Shown here one piece after another: positions 1 through 9,074 of a DNA stretch of 64,000 nucleotides. The DNA is taken from the NCBI GenBank assembly GCA_039794845.1, contig JAUQVK010000077.1:1-64000 (forward strand), given 5' to 3'. The notes beneath the pieces were generated by a model. The model was not told where the DNA came from. It made no database searches and saw only the letters and a list, made by a program, of their open reading frames with translations. How positions within the stretch are numbered: position 1 is the stretch's first letter; the number at the start of each line of letters is the position of its first letter. The stretch comes from Thermostichus sp. DRC_bins_24 (GTDB taxonomy: Bacteria > Cyanobacteriota > Cyanobacteriia > Thermostichales > Thermostichaceae). The position numbers and the translations under genes are program-made.

Positions 1-278
1 GCCAACCCAAACCGCTCACGCCCATCAACGGTGGTGAGTGAAACTGTGCTCGCCCGGCTCCGGCGAGCCGTCCGGTCTTTTTCCCGAAACGAGAAAATGC
101 GAGCGTCATAGGTAACAAAGCCTGTCTTGACCGCTTTGACCGGGCGATGCTTTTGTTTGGCCACTTTGCGAGAACCGGCCACTCCCCTGCAAACCTGTAA
201 AGCCAAGTTGCTCGACAGGCCAAAGCGAGCGCGAATCTCGTGGTAGCAAAGGGATTGCAGCTTGAGGGCATTGACCAT
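1..278 (-). pseudogene. tnpB: IS200/IS605-family TnpB fragment (N-terminally deleted, runs off the window edge)
   Basis: Minus strand from ATG 278 reads MVNALKLQSLCYHEIRARFGLSSNLALQVCR...GFVTYDARIFSFREKD...TVSLTTVDGRERFG, resembling the N-terminal part of cyanobacterial TnpB. Near-identical to 37382-37610, which continues into a TnpB RuvC/Zn-finger tail. Confidence 0.8.
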
Positions 279-284
279 CTTTTT

Positions 285-370
285 ATTTCATCCCGCTGCC
301 GGCGGTGCATTCCTCCCGACCCCCCCCTCGAAAGGGTAGGACGCGGGGCTCCTGCTGCCCTAGCTGAAAT
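285..370 (-). mobile_element. Probable left end of the IS200/IS605 element (subterminal hairpin)
   Basis: Minus strand TTCAGCTAGGGCAGCAGGAGCCCCGCGTCCTACCCTTTCGAGGGGGGGTCGGGAGGAATGCACCGCC lies directly upstream of the tnpB fragment and forms an imperfect hairpin like IS605-family ends. Confidence 0.55.
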
Positions 371-397
371 CACTTATGATACAGAGGCTGGCGCAGG

Positions 398-1186
398 GTG
401 CCCGTGATGAACATTCTGATTAGCAACGACGATGGCATCCAGGCGGCGGGGGTGCGTTGTTTGGCGGCCACCTTGGCTCAGGCAGGCAACCAGATCACGG
501 TGGTCTGTCCGGATCGGGAGCGCTCGGCCACCGGCCATGCCTTGACGCTGCACAAGCCTTTGCGGGCGGATCCGGTATTGGAGGGGTTTCCACCCCAGGT
601 GCGGGCTTGGGCCTGTTCTGGCACACCCTCCGATTGTGTCAAGTTGGGCTTGGATGGGCTGCTGGAACAACCGCCTGATTGGGTGATCTCCGGCATCAAC
701 CAGGGAGCCAACCTCGGTACAGATGTGCTTTACTCCGGTACGGTGTCTGCGGCCATGGAGGGCTTGTTGGAAGGGATCCCCAGTTTGGCGGTGAGCCTGG
801 CTAGCTTTACGGCCCGGGATTTTCAACCGGCGGCGACTGTGGTGCTGACCCTACTCGAAAAATTGAGTCTAAAACCTCTGGCCCAGCCGATGCTTCTCAA
901 TGTGAACGTTCCGGCAGTGCCCACCCAGGACATTCGCGGCATGGTGCTGGCTCCGTTGGGTTGGCGCAAGTACACGGATATTTACGAGAAGCGAGTGGAT
1001 CCCCGCGGTAAAACCTATTACTGGCTGGCGGGCGAAGTGGTGGAAGATGGGGTGGATCCCCGCTCGGATGTACAGGCGGTGTTGGAGCGCTACGTATCAA
1101 TTACGCCATTACAGCCCGATCTGACGGCTCATACCGTCTTTGATAGGCTCCAGCAGTGGGGGATCCCGGCGTTTGGCTCCTCCTGA
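398..1186 (+). CDS. surE: 5'/3'-nucleotidase SurE
   Basis: [26 protein letters not shown] and YSGTVSAA motifs. Start may be the ATG at 407. Confidence 0.95.
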   Translation: MPVMNILISNDDGIQAAGVRCLAATLAQAGNQITVVCPDRERSATGHALTLHKPLRADPVLEGFPPQVRAWACSGTPSDCVKLGLDGLLEQPPDWVISGINQGANLGTDVLYSGTVSAAMEGLLEGIPSLAVSLASFTARDFQPAATVVLTLLEKLSLKPLAQPMLLNVNVPAVPTQDIRGMVLAPLGWRKYTDIYEKRVDPRGKTYYWLAGEVVEDGVDPRSDVQAVLERYVSITPLQPDLTAHTVFDRLQQWGIPAFGSS

Positions 1187-1198
1187 GTCATTCCGGGT

Positions 1199-2191
1199 TT
1201 AGGTGGGTTGGTCGGGGGGGGAACCGAATAACTTCAGCCCCTCCAGTGCGGGGTCAAAATCGATGGGGAAGCGGGTGTTGGAGCTGTAGATTGCCCCTTC
1301 CAGAAAAGCGCCGTTCAGGCTGGCCAGGGAGAGGTTGGCCCCGCTCAGATCCGCCCCGCTCAGATCCGCCCCACTCAGATCGGTACCGCGCAAGTTGGCC
1401 CCACTCAGGTTCGCCTCGCTCAGGGCGGATCCCATCAAATCGGCCTCGCGGATGTCGGCAAAGGTGAGGTCACACCGGCTAAGGTCGGCCGTCCAAAGGT
1501 TGGCACCACTGAGGCTGGCCCCCCGCAGGTTGGTGTTCGCCAGTTGACAGGCCCGCAGTTTTGCCCCCCACAATTTGGCATCCTGCAGGTTGGATCCCTC
1601 CAGCCGCGCCTGCTCCATCAAGACGCCGCTGAGGCGAGCCCCTTCCAGGTTGGCCCCTGTTAAATTCGCCCGGATCAAGACCGACTCCCAGAGGTTGGCC
1701 TCCCGCAAATTCGTGCCGATTAGCTCGGCTTCCATCAGGTCGGCGCCGCGCAACTTGGCCCAGCTGAGATTGGCGCCGGAGAGCTTGGCCCGGATGAGGT
1801 TGGCCCCGCTCAGATTGGCCTCTTGCAGGTTGGCCCCGCTCAAGTTGGCCCCGCTCAAGTTGGCCCCGCTCAGGTCGGATCCCTGCATCAGCGCCCCGGT
1901 CAGGTTGGTGCTGCGCAAATCCGCCTTGCTGAAGTTGCCGGCGTAGAGGTTGGCCTGGCTGAGATTGGCGCCACTCAAGTTGGCGGAGCTGAAGTAGGCG
2001 GCCAAGAGGTCGGCACCGCTTAAATCGGCATCTTTAAGATTGGCCTTGCTGCAGTTGGCCCCACTCAGACGGGCCTGGCTGAGATCGATGCCGATCAGGT
2101 GAACCTCCATGAGGTTGGCCCCAGAGAGATTAAGGCTACGGAAATAGCGATCTCCAGCCGCATAGCGACTGAGCAGCTCTGCTACCTCCAT
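1199..2191 (-). CDS. Pentapeptide repeat protein
   Basis: Long A(D/N)LxG pentapeptide array after the typical ELLSRYAAGDRYF N-terminus. Start moved to MEVAELL. Confidence 0.9.
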   Translation of the reverse strand: MEVAELLSRYAAGDRYFRSLNLSGANLMEVHLIGIDLSQARLSGANCSKANLKDADLSGADLLAAYFSSANLSGANLSQANLYAGNFSKADLRSTNLTGALMQGSDLSGANLSGANLSGANLQEANLSGANLIRAKLSGANLSWAKLRGADLMEAELIGTNLREANLWESVLIRANLTGANLEGARLSGVLMEQARLEGSNLQDAKLWGAKLRACQLANTNLRGASLSGANLWTADLSRCDLTFADIREADLMGSALSEANLSGANLRGTDLSGADLSGADLSGANLSLASLNGAFLEGAIYSSNTRFPIDFDPALEGLKLFGSPPDQPT

Positions 2192-2250
2192 GGATTCCCC
2201 GGATTCCCCAGAGTTGGCTAGTGGCATATTGAACAGCCCTGCGCGGTTAT

Positions 2251-2287
2251 CAAATGCAAATGTCAAATGCAAATGTGAATGCAAATG
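2251..2287. repeat. CAAATG short tandem repeat (~6 units)
   Basis: caaatg caaatg t caaatg caaatg tgaatg caaatg. Confidence 0.85.
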
Positions 2288-2355
2288 GGAACACAGCCTT
2301 CCCTCAGACTTCCCGTAGAAGGTTCAATCCGCTCAGCCCATCTCCTTCCTCATCA

Positions 2356-2826
2356 TCATAGAGGCTGGTTGGGAACAGTCGTTAGGGTCAGCAGGCGTTC
2401 TGCAACGGCCTCGGCAACCGGTATTACCGACAGTCGCGTGCCCCGCCGCACCACCTCCAGTTCCTCCGGGGTAAAGGTGTTTCGCAGTTCTGCCAGAGAA
2501 ATCAACCGTTCAAAGGCCGCCACGAATTGCACCCGCACCGTATACCAGCGGGGATCCGCCGGGGTCGATTGGGGATCGTAGTAGGGGCTGGCGGTGTCAA
2601 ATTGGCTGGGATCCACCACCTGGGTTTCCAGGATCTCCATCAAACCGGCAATTCCCGGTGGGTCGGCATTCGAATGGTAGAAAAAGGCGCGATCCCCTGG
2701 CCGCATTGCTTTGAGGTAGTTACGGGCTTGGTAGTTGCGCACCCCATCCCACAGGGTTTGCCCCTCCCGTTGCAGATCCCAGAGGCTGTAGACGCTTGGT
2801 TCGGATTTCATCAGCCAGTAGTTCAT
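2356..2826 (-). CDS. EVE domain protein
   Basis: MNYWLMKSEP...WDGVRNYQARN...GDRAFFYHS signature. Confidence 0.92.
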   Translation of the reverse strand: MNYWLMKSEPSVYSLWDLQREGQTLWDGVRNYQARNYLKAMRPGDRAFFYHSNADPPGIAGLMEILETQVVDPSQFDTASPYYDPQSTPADPRWYTVRVQFVAAFERLISLAELRNTFTPEELEVVRRGTRLSVIPVAEAVAERLLTLTTVPNQPL

Positions 2827-2833
2827 GGGCAGG

Positions 2834-3502
2834 TCAGGTGCTTTGGGCGGAGACAAAGCTGGGCAAGGGATCCCGTGTGGCAACAAACTCAACAAAGTTT
2901 TGCAGCATCTTCAGCCCCTGCAGGCCAGACTTTTCTGGGTGAAATTGGGTAGCAAATAGGGTTCCGCGGGCGATGGCCGCCACCGCGGTTTGTGTGCCAT
3001 GTTGGACGGTCGCCGCCACCCAGGTTGGATCGCTGGGCACAACGTGATAGGAATGCACAAAATAAGCCCAGGCCCTATCGGGGATCCCCGACCACAGGGG
3101 GGAGTTGGGCTGGGTGAGCTGCAGTTGATTCCAGCCCATGTGGGGAATGCGGAGGCCCACTTCTGAACGAAAGCGCTGCACCTGACCGGGCACAATCCCC
3201 AACCCCGGTTCCACCCCTTCTTCGCTGCTTTCAAACAACACCTGCAAGCCAATGCAGATACCCAAAAATGGCTGGCCCCGCTTGATGGCTTCCCGAATAG
3301 GATCGACAAAACCCCGCGCTCGCAACTGCTGCAGGGCTGGATCGAAGGCTCCATCTCCCGGCAGCACCACGCCATCAAACCCCTCTAGGCCCACGGGACT
3401 CTCGATCAGGTACACAGACGCGCCGGCATGTTCCAACCCTTTGCAGGCGGAGTGCAGGTTTCCGGCATCGTAGTCGATCACCGCCAGTCGCACGGCTCCC
3501 AT
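2834..3502 (-). CDS. hisH: Imidazole glycerol phosphate synthase, glutaminase subunit
   Basis: IDYDAGNLHS, LGICIGLQ, YFVHSY and QFHPEKSG motifs. Confidence 0.95.
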   Translation of the reverse strand: MGAVRLAVIDYDAGNLHSACKGLEHAGASVYLIESPVGLEGFDGVVLPGDGAFDPALQQLRARGFVDPIREAIKRGQPFLGICIGLQVLFESSEEGVEPGLGIVPGQVQRFRSEVGLRIPHMGWNQLQLTQPNSPLWSGIPDRAWAYFVHSYHVVPSDPTWVAATVQHGTQTAVAAIARGTLFATQFHPEKSGLQGLKMLQNFVEFVATRDPLPSFVSAQST

Positions 3503-3672
3503 GGGATCCCTCTTGGGGTCAGCTTTACCAGTGTACTGGAGGGGCAATCCTCAGCGGAGTTAGGGGCGAGATAGATCGCCCCTCCTATTTTGGTTTGGAA
3601 AGGGATCCCAGCGTTGGCCCTGACCCTCTTGCCACCTGCTAGGCTGTGGTTTGAGCTTAGCTGTTTGGATCT

Positions 3673-4872
3673 ATGGCGGTTTCCATTGCTTCTCAAGCCC
3701 TGCCGGTTCCCACTCTCCCGGATGGGCCTGAGGCAGCCTATTTGCACATCCCCTTTTGTCGTCAGCGCTGCTATTACTGCGATTTTGCAACGGGGTTGGG
3801 CACACGGGAGTTGATCGAAACCTATGTGCAAATGTTGTGTGAGGAAATCCGCACGCTCGCTCGTAGCCAAGATTCCCTCGCGCCGAAACCACTGAACCCC
3901 CTGACCAGCGTTTTCTTCGGGGGTGGCACCCCGTCTTTGTTAACGGTTGAGCAACTGGCCCGCCTTCTCAACGCCTTAAGAGAAGGGATCCCTTTTCATC
4001 CGGATTGTGAAATTTCTTTGGAGGCCAACCCCGGCACGATGACTCGAGAGCAACTGGCGGGCTATCGGGCACTGGGGGTGAACCGCATTAGCTTGGGAGT
4101 ACAGGCCTTTCAACCGGAACTGTTGGCCGTCTGTGGCCGATTACATGGGGTGGAAGACGTGTACGAAGCGGTGGCTGATCTGCGGGCGGTGGGGTTAAAC
4201 AACTTTAATTTGGATTTGATCTTTGGGTTGCCCCACCAAACCCTGAACCAGTGGCAGGAGTCTTTGCAGGCGCTCCTCGAAATCAATCCCCCCCATGTCT
4301 CGGTTTACGATTTGACGATCGAAGCGGGCACCCGGTTTGGGCGGCTCTACCAACCCGGCGATGCCCCTTTACCCAGTGAAGCCACCACGGTTGAAATGTA
4401 CCTCATGGCGCGAAACTGGCTCACCCAAGCGGGCTACACCCACTACGAGATCTCCAACTTCGCCCGCCCTGGCTACTCCTGTCGCCACAACCGAGTCTAT
4501 TGGGAAAACCGCCCCTACTACGGATTGGGCATGGGAGCCGTTGGCTACGAGGGCGGCCGGCGTATTCATCAACCGAAAACCCTCCATGGCTACTTCCAAC
4601 AGGTGAAATCCGGGATCCGACCCACTGCCCCCCTCACCTCACCGGAAGAAGCTTGGATGGATACCTTGATGCTGGGGTTGCGCCTCCAGGAAGGCTTAGA
4701 CTTGGCTCGGTTGCAAGAGCAGTTTGGGGCAGCCAAAGTCCAAGAGGCCATGGCCAGGTTGGATCCCTATTTTGCAAAGGGCTGGGCCAGTGCTGCAGAG
4801 GGACGACTGCGATTGATCCCGCCCTACGGCTGGTTGTTCTCCAATGAGATTCTCACCGATTTGTTTCAGTGA
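3673..4872 (+). CDS. hemW: Radical SAM heme chaperone HemW (HemN-like)
   Basis: YLHIPFCRQRCYYCDF, FFGGGTPS, YEISNFA and HNRVYW motifs. Confidence 0.9.
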   Translation: MAVSIASQALPVPTLPDGPEAAYLHIPFCRQRCYYCDFATGLGTRELIETYVQMLCEEIRTLARSQDSLAPKPLNPLTSVFFGGGTPSLLTVEQLARLLNALREGIPFHPDCEISLEANPGTMTREQLAGYRALGVNRISLGVQAFQPELLAVCGRLHGVEDVYEAVADLRAVGLNNFNLDLIFGLPHQTLNQWQESLQALLEINPPHVSVYDLTIEAGTRFGRLYQPGDAPLPSEATTVEMYLMARNWLTQAGYTHYEISNFARPGYSCRHNRVYWENRPYYGLGMGAVGYEGGRRIHQPKTLHGYFQQVKSGIRPTAPLTSPEEAWMDTLMLGLRLQEGLDLARLQEQFGAAKVQEAMARLDPYFAKGWASAAEGRLRLIPPYGWLFSNEILTDLFQ

Positions 4873-5540
4873 GTGCTTGATTTCTTCAAGGCCAGCGTAA
4901 GTCCATCCCCGATCGGCACCATAGAAACCACCACACGGGGATCCTCTCGCACCTTTTGGTTGAACTGGCGGATCGCTTCCGTATCTGGGCTGTGATCCTG
5001 CGGGTCAATCACTCGGCCCGACCAAAGCACATTGTCAACCGCGATCAGCCCACCCGCTCGTAGCAGTTGCAACGCCCGTTCAAAGTAGCCCCAATAATTC
5101 CCCTTGTCGGCATCAATGAAGGCAAAATCGAAGGTTCCGGCTTGGCCACTCTCTAAGAGGTGATCCAGGGTTTCCAGGGCTGGGGCAATGTGCAGCTGAA
5201 TTTTGTCGGTCACTCCTGCCGCTTGCCAATAGCGCCGGGCAGTTTGGGTGTATTCTTCGCTGATGTCGCAAGCGATGAGTTTGCCATCTGCGGGCAAGGC
5301 TAAGGCCACCGAAAGAGAGCTGTAGCCCGTAAACACGCCAACTTCTAGCGTTTTCTTCGCCCCCATTAGCCGGATCAACAGGGCCATGAATCGTCCCTGT
5401 TCAGGACAAATCTGCATGCGCCCCTGGGGGTGTTGAGCAGTTTCTTCCCGCAATCGGGCCAGTAGCTCCGGCTCCGGTGCCGTTACCGACAGCAGGTATT
5501 GGCGCAGGGGTTCTTCCAGACCGATGGAGCGCGTAGACAT
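4866..5540 (-). CDS. O-methyltransferase (CCoAOMT/COMT-like, Methyltransf_3)
   Basis: LEVGVFTGYS, FDFAFIDADK and AVDNVLWSG motifs. Confidence 0.9.
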   Translation of the reverse strand: MSTRSIGLEEPLRQYLLSVTAPEPELLARLREETAQHPQGRMQICPEQGRFMALLIRLMGAKKTLEVGVFTGYSSLSVALALPADGKLIACDISEEYTQTARRYWQAAGVTDKIQLHIAPALETLDHLLESGQAGTFDFAFIDADKGNYWGYFERALQLLRAGGLIAVDNVLWSGRVIDPQDHSPDTEAIRQFNQKVREDPRVVVSMVPIGDGLTLALKKSSTH

Positions 5541-5630
5541 AACCTGTAGACATAACCCAAGGGAAACGGATGGGCGGCATCCTAGCAGACCGGGAAGGTT
5601 CTCTATCCTACCCCTGTCCAAAACCTGAAC

Positions 5631-6122
5631 TTATCGATAGTTAACAAATTGCAGCGCCACTGGGTAATCCTCCTGCTTAAGCATTTGGATCACCGCCTGC
5701 AGGTCATCTTTGTCTTTGGCAGAAACCCGCACCAGATCCCCTTGAATAGAAGGCTGCACTTTCTTAAAAGCATCGCGAATCTGCTTAGAGATCTGTTTGG
5801 CCAGCGTGGCATCAATGCCTTTTTTGAGTTGAACCACCTGACGCACGCGGTTGCCGCTGGCGCTCTCCGGGGGTTGAAAGTCGAAGATCTTTAGAGACAA
5901 ACCCCGTTTGGCTGCTTTAGTGGAGAGAATATCCTGAATGGCTCTAAGGGCCATCTCGTTGGCAGTGGTGATGGTCAGGGATCCCTCCCCAAGCTCAATT
6001 TCCGTTTGAGTATCCTTGAGGTCGTAGCGCTGTTTGATCTCCCGCTGGGCCTGATCCACAGCGTTGACCAACTCCTGCCGGTCAAAATCGCTGACGATAT
6101 CAAATGAGTAGCTGGATGCCAT
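5631..6122 (-). CDS. yajQ: YajQ family cyclic-di-GMP/nucleotide-binding protein
   Basis: SFDIVS...QELVNAVDQ...RYDLK at the N-terminus and LQFVNYR at the C-terminus. Confidence 0.93.
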   Translation of the reverse strand: MASSYSFDIVSDFDRQELVNAVDQAQREIKQRYDLKDTQTEIELGEGSLTITTANEMALRAIQDILSTKAAKRGLSLKIFDFQPPESASGNRVRQVVQLKKGIDATLAKQISKQIRDAFKKVQPSIQGDLVRVSAKDKDDLQAVIQMLKQEDYPVALQFVNYR

Positions 6123-6246
6123 AAACCCGATCTTCGCTGCCGTTCAGTATCATAAGCCCTCACCCCCACTCAGGGATCCCTGAGCGTCGGAGAGGTTACA
6201 ACAAACAAAGTAAAGCCTTCAAAGTAAAGCCTTGCGGAGAAACAGT

Positions 6247-7083
6247 ATGGCCGATGTTGTCTTGATTACGGGAGCTTCTGAGGGCATCGGCAGAGCCACC
6301 GCTTTTGTGTTTGCCCGTGGAGGCTACCGATTGGCCTTGGCCGCTCGTACCACTGAAACCCTGAAGCAAACCGCCATCGACCTAGAGCAAAGCCTGAATG
6401 CGGAGGTGTTGGCTATTCCCACCGATGTCACCCAGCCGGAACAGGTGCAAAGCCTGGTGCAGGCCACCCTAGAACGCTATGGCCGCATCGATTGCCTGAT
6501 CAACAACGCCGGTATTTGCCTGAGTGGCCCTTTCCTGCAAACCACTCCAGAACACTGGCAGAGGTTGATGGCCGTCAATTTTTGGGGCTACCTGCACATG
6601 ATCCGGGCGGTGCTCCCCGATATGCAGAAACGCAAGCAGGGCCAGATCATCAACGTCGGTTCCATTGGCGGCAAAATGCCCCTTCCCCAGATGAGCGCCT
6701 ACTGCGCCAGCAAGTATGCTGTCAGTGGACTGACGGAGGCCTTGCGGTTGGAATTGAAACCCCAAGGGATCCAGGTGATCGGGGTGCATCCGGGCCTTGT
6801 CAGCAGCGATTTTCTCAAACGGGCCGTTTTCCTGGATGAGGTCGAGCCAGACGCCTCTCCCAATGGCAAGCCCCAAAGCGCAGGGGGGCAGGCGCGGGAG
6901 CAAATGCAACAGGCCCTGGAGAGTTTCTGGGTTAGCCGGCCAGAGGAAGTGGCCGAAGCCATTTGGGAAGCGGCTCGTCAGTCGAAGTCGGAGGTGGTGG
7001 TGGGCATGGCACAATGGGCAGTAGGGGCCTACACCCTCTTTCCTGGGTTGGTTAGCCCGATGCTTCAGGATCCCCCTCGCTAG
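6247..7083 (+). CDS. SDR family oxidoreductase
   Basis: TGASEGIG, INNAG and YCASK catalytic motifs. Confidence 0.92.
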   Translation: MADVVLITGASEGIGRATAFVFARGGYRLALAARTTETLKQTAIDLEQSLNAEVLAIPTDVTQPEQVQSLVQATLERYGRIDCLINNAGICLSGPFLQTTPEHWQRLMAVNFWGYLHMIRAVLPDMQKRKQGQIINVGSIGGKMPLPQMSAYCASKYAVSGLTEALRLELKPQGIQVIGVHPGLVSSDFLKRAVFLDEVEPDASPNGKPQSAGGQAREQMQQALESFWVSRPEEVAEAIWEAARQSKSEVVVGMAQWAVGAYTLFPGLVSPMLQDPPR

Positions 7084-7279
7084 TGCATTTTAGGAGCTGG
7101 ATGGGTGATTCTGCAGGCGCAACAATGGCGGGAAGAGGGCTAAAGTTAGGTATAGTGTGCTGCATGGATCGATGACTAAGCCCGAGATTAGGTATCGTCT
7201 CAGAGGGTTTTGCGGCTCGATTCGGTTTTGAACTGTTTCCCCGTTCCTTTTGTTAGACACCGGCACTTGCAACGGAATT

Positions 7280-7645
7280 ATGGTCGATTCTGTGCCTTCT
7301 CCCCATAGCGCTTACCAGCACATCTTGATCGTGGAAGACCGAGATGGCCGCCGCAGCCAGGTGCTGGGATCCTCGAAATATTTCATCGGTCGGGACTTGG
7401 CCAACGATATTTGTTTGAACTCCCAGTTTGCCTCCCGATATCATGCCATGTTGTTGCGTGTCCCCGCCGACCAAGAGGGGGAGTACTGCTACCGCATTCT
7501 GGATGGGGATTTGGAGGGCAAGCCCAGCACCAATGGTCTGTTGATCAACGGACAAAAGTTGACCGCTCACCAGCTCAAGCCAGGGGATGTGATCACCTTT
7601 GGCCCCGATGCCAAGGCAACTTATAAAATCGCCAAAGTGCCCTGA
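7280..7645 (+). CDS. FHA domain protein
   Basis: IGR...SRYHA...STNG...GDVITFG FHA signature. Confidence 0.9.
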   Translation: MVDSVPSPHSAYQHILIVEDRDGRRSQVLGSSKYFIGRDLANDICLNSQFASRYHAMLLRVPADQEGEYCYRILDGDLEGKPSTNGLLINGQKLTAHQLKPGDVITFGPDAKATYKIAKVP

Positions 7646-7668
7646 TCCATACCCTTAACCCGTCTTGG

Positions 7669-8964
7669 CTAATCGGGCCGAGTTGGCCTAGACCAGGGCT
7701 TCAGTTCCCAGCAAATCAGTGCCAGCAAAGCCAGCACCAAAGCCACCTCCGACAGCAACGTGGCCCAGGCCGCCCCCCGCCAACCCCACATCGGGATCCA
7801 AACCCCGTTCAAAACCCCATTCAACCCTAGGGCCAGCAGTTGTAAGCGGCTACGGGGTTTCTGCAACCCTGCCCCCGTGAGCAAGTGGGAAAGCAAGAGG
7901 TGGCTCCCTTCTAGCAAAATCACCGGGCTGAGCCAGCGCAAAATCAGGGCCGTTTCCTGGTAGGCGGATCCCAGCACCCAAGGGATCCCGTAGGAGGCCA
8001 ATGCCAACCCCAGGGTCGCCAAACTGCCGTACCCCATCACCCAAGGGGAAAGGCCCCAGGCATAACGCCAACCGGGGCGCAGCCCTTTTTGCCCTTGCCG
8101 ACAGATCTCCGCAAAGTGGCTGGTGAGCAGAGCAATCATCGGCGTTTGCGAGAAGTTGATCACCCGATAGGCAGCACTGTACAGTCCCCCGGCGGTCGCA
8201 GAGGCCAGGCGCGGCAACAGCAACTTGTCCAAATCGGTGAAGGTTTTCACCGCCGCCAACCCCACGGCAAAATCCCAACCCGCCGTCAGCCGTTCCCGCA
8301 GATCCCGCCAATTCAGGGCTTTGGGTACTGTTTGGGAATGCCCACTCCACCGTCTCATCCCCCAGGCGGTTGCAACCAGCACCCCCAGCACCATCAACCC
8401 GTACAGCACGGCCCAACCCAGCAGGGATCCCCAACCCAAGGCCACCGCCAACAACACCGCACTGACTCGCCCCAGCGCCATGCCGGTATCGATGAGGGCC
8501 ACCCCGCCCATCTGTTCTTGCCCGATCAATAACCCCTTGTGCACCTCTTGCAAACCGATAAAGAGCAAGTCGCTCAGCAGCAGCAGCCCCACCACCGCTG
8601 GCGGAGTCCCTGCCAACCAAGCACTCAAAAGAGGCCACAACAGCAGTGCCGTCACCCCACAACCCCACCCCGCCAGCCACAAACTGGGGCCCGCCCCATC
8701 CCTGGCAGAGGGAAAACTCTTCCCCTCAGAGGCATGGGATCCCTGCTGGCTAAAGCGCTGAATCAACAGCTCCGATTGCCCCAGGTAGCCGAAAGGGGCG
8801 GCCAGATTGCTACAGGCCAAAATGGCCGAGACAACCCCAAAGGCTTCCGGCCCCAACAATCGCGCCAACAGGACGAAATAGGCCCCGGACAACCCCAGGC
8901 GCAAGCCATTGCCCGCCATCAACCAGGAAGCCTGTTGCAGCCGTCGTCGCCCTGCCCTATCCAT
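7669..8964 (-). CDS. Wzx-like oligosaccharide flippase (MOP superfamily)
   Basis: Multi-TM protein with LARLLGPEAFG, DKLLL...GLYSAAYR and GWRGAAWAT motifs. Confidence 0.8.
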   Translation of the reverse strand: MDRAGRRRLQQASWLMAGNGLRLGLSGAYFVLLARLLGPEAFGVVSAILACSNLAAPFGYLGQSELLIQRFSQQGSHASEGKSFPSARDGAGPSLWLAGWGCGVTALLLWPLLSAWLAGTPPAVVGLLLLSDLLFIGLQEVHKGLLIGQEQMGGVALIDTGMALGRVSAVLLAVALGWGSLLGWAVLYGLMVLGVLVATAWGMRRWSGHSQTVPKALNWRDLRERLTAGWDFAVGLAAVKTFTDLDKLLLPRLASATAGGLYSAAYRVINFSQTPMIALLTSHFAEICRQGQKGLRPGWRYAWGLSPWVMGYGSLATLGLALASYGIPWVLGSAYQETALILRWLSPVILLEGSHLLLSHLLTGAGLQKPRSRLQLLALGLNGVLNGVWIPMWGWRGAAWATLLSEVALVLALLALICWELKPWSRPTRPD

Positions 8965-9074
8965 ACCCCCACCCCTGGACGGCCCTGACCACAACATGGA
9001 TACTGAGACTACCTGCCCAAAGGCGGGGATCCGGTGCTGCTTGCTTTGTGTATTGGTATTGCTTACAGGTTCTC

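Noticed and set aside
1330..2130. 15-bp periodic DNA repeats and the opposite-strand APLRL ORFs
   Set aside because: Fully explained by the pentapeptide-repeat protein on the minus strand.
2356..2826. EVE domain gene as part of a defence system
   Set aside because: It is a stand-alone EVE gene behind hisH, with no nuclease or toxin partner.
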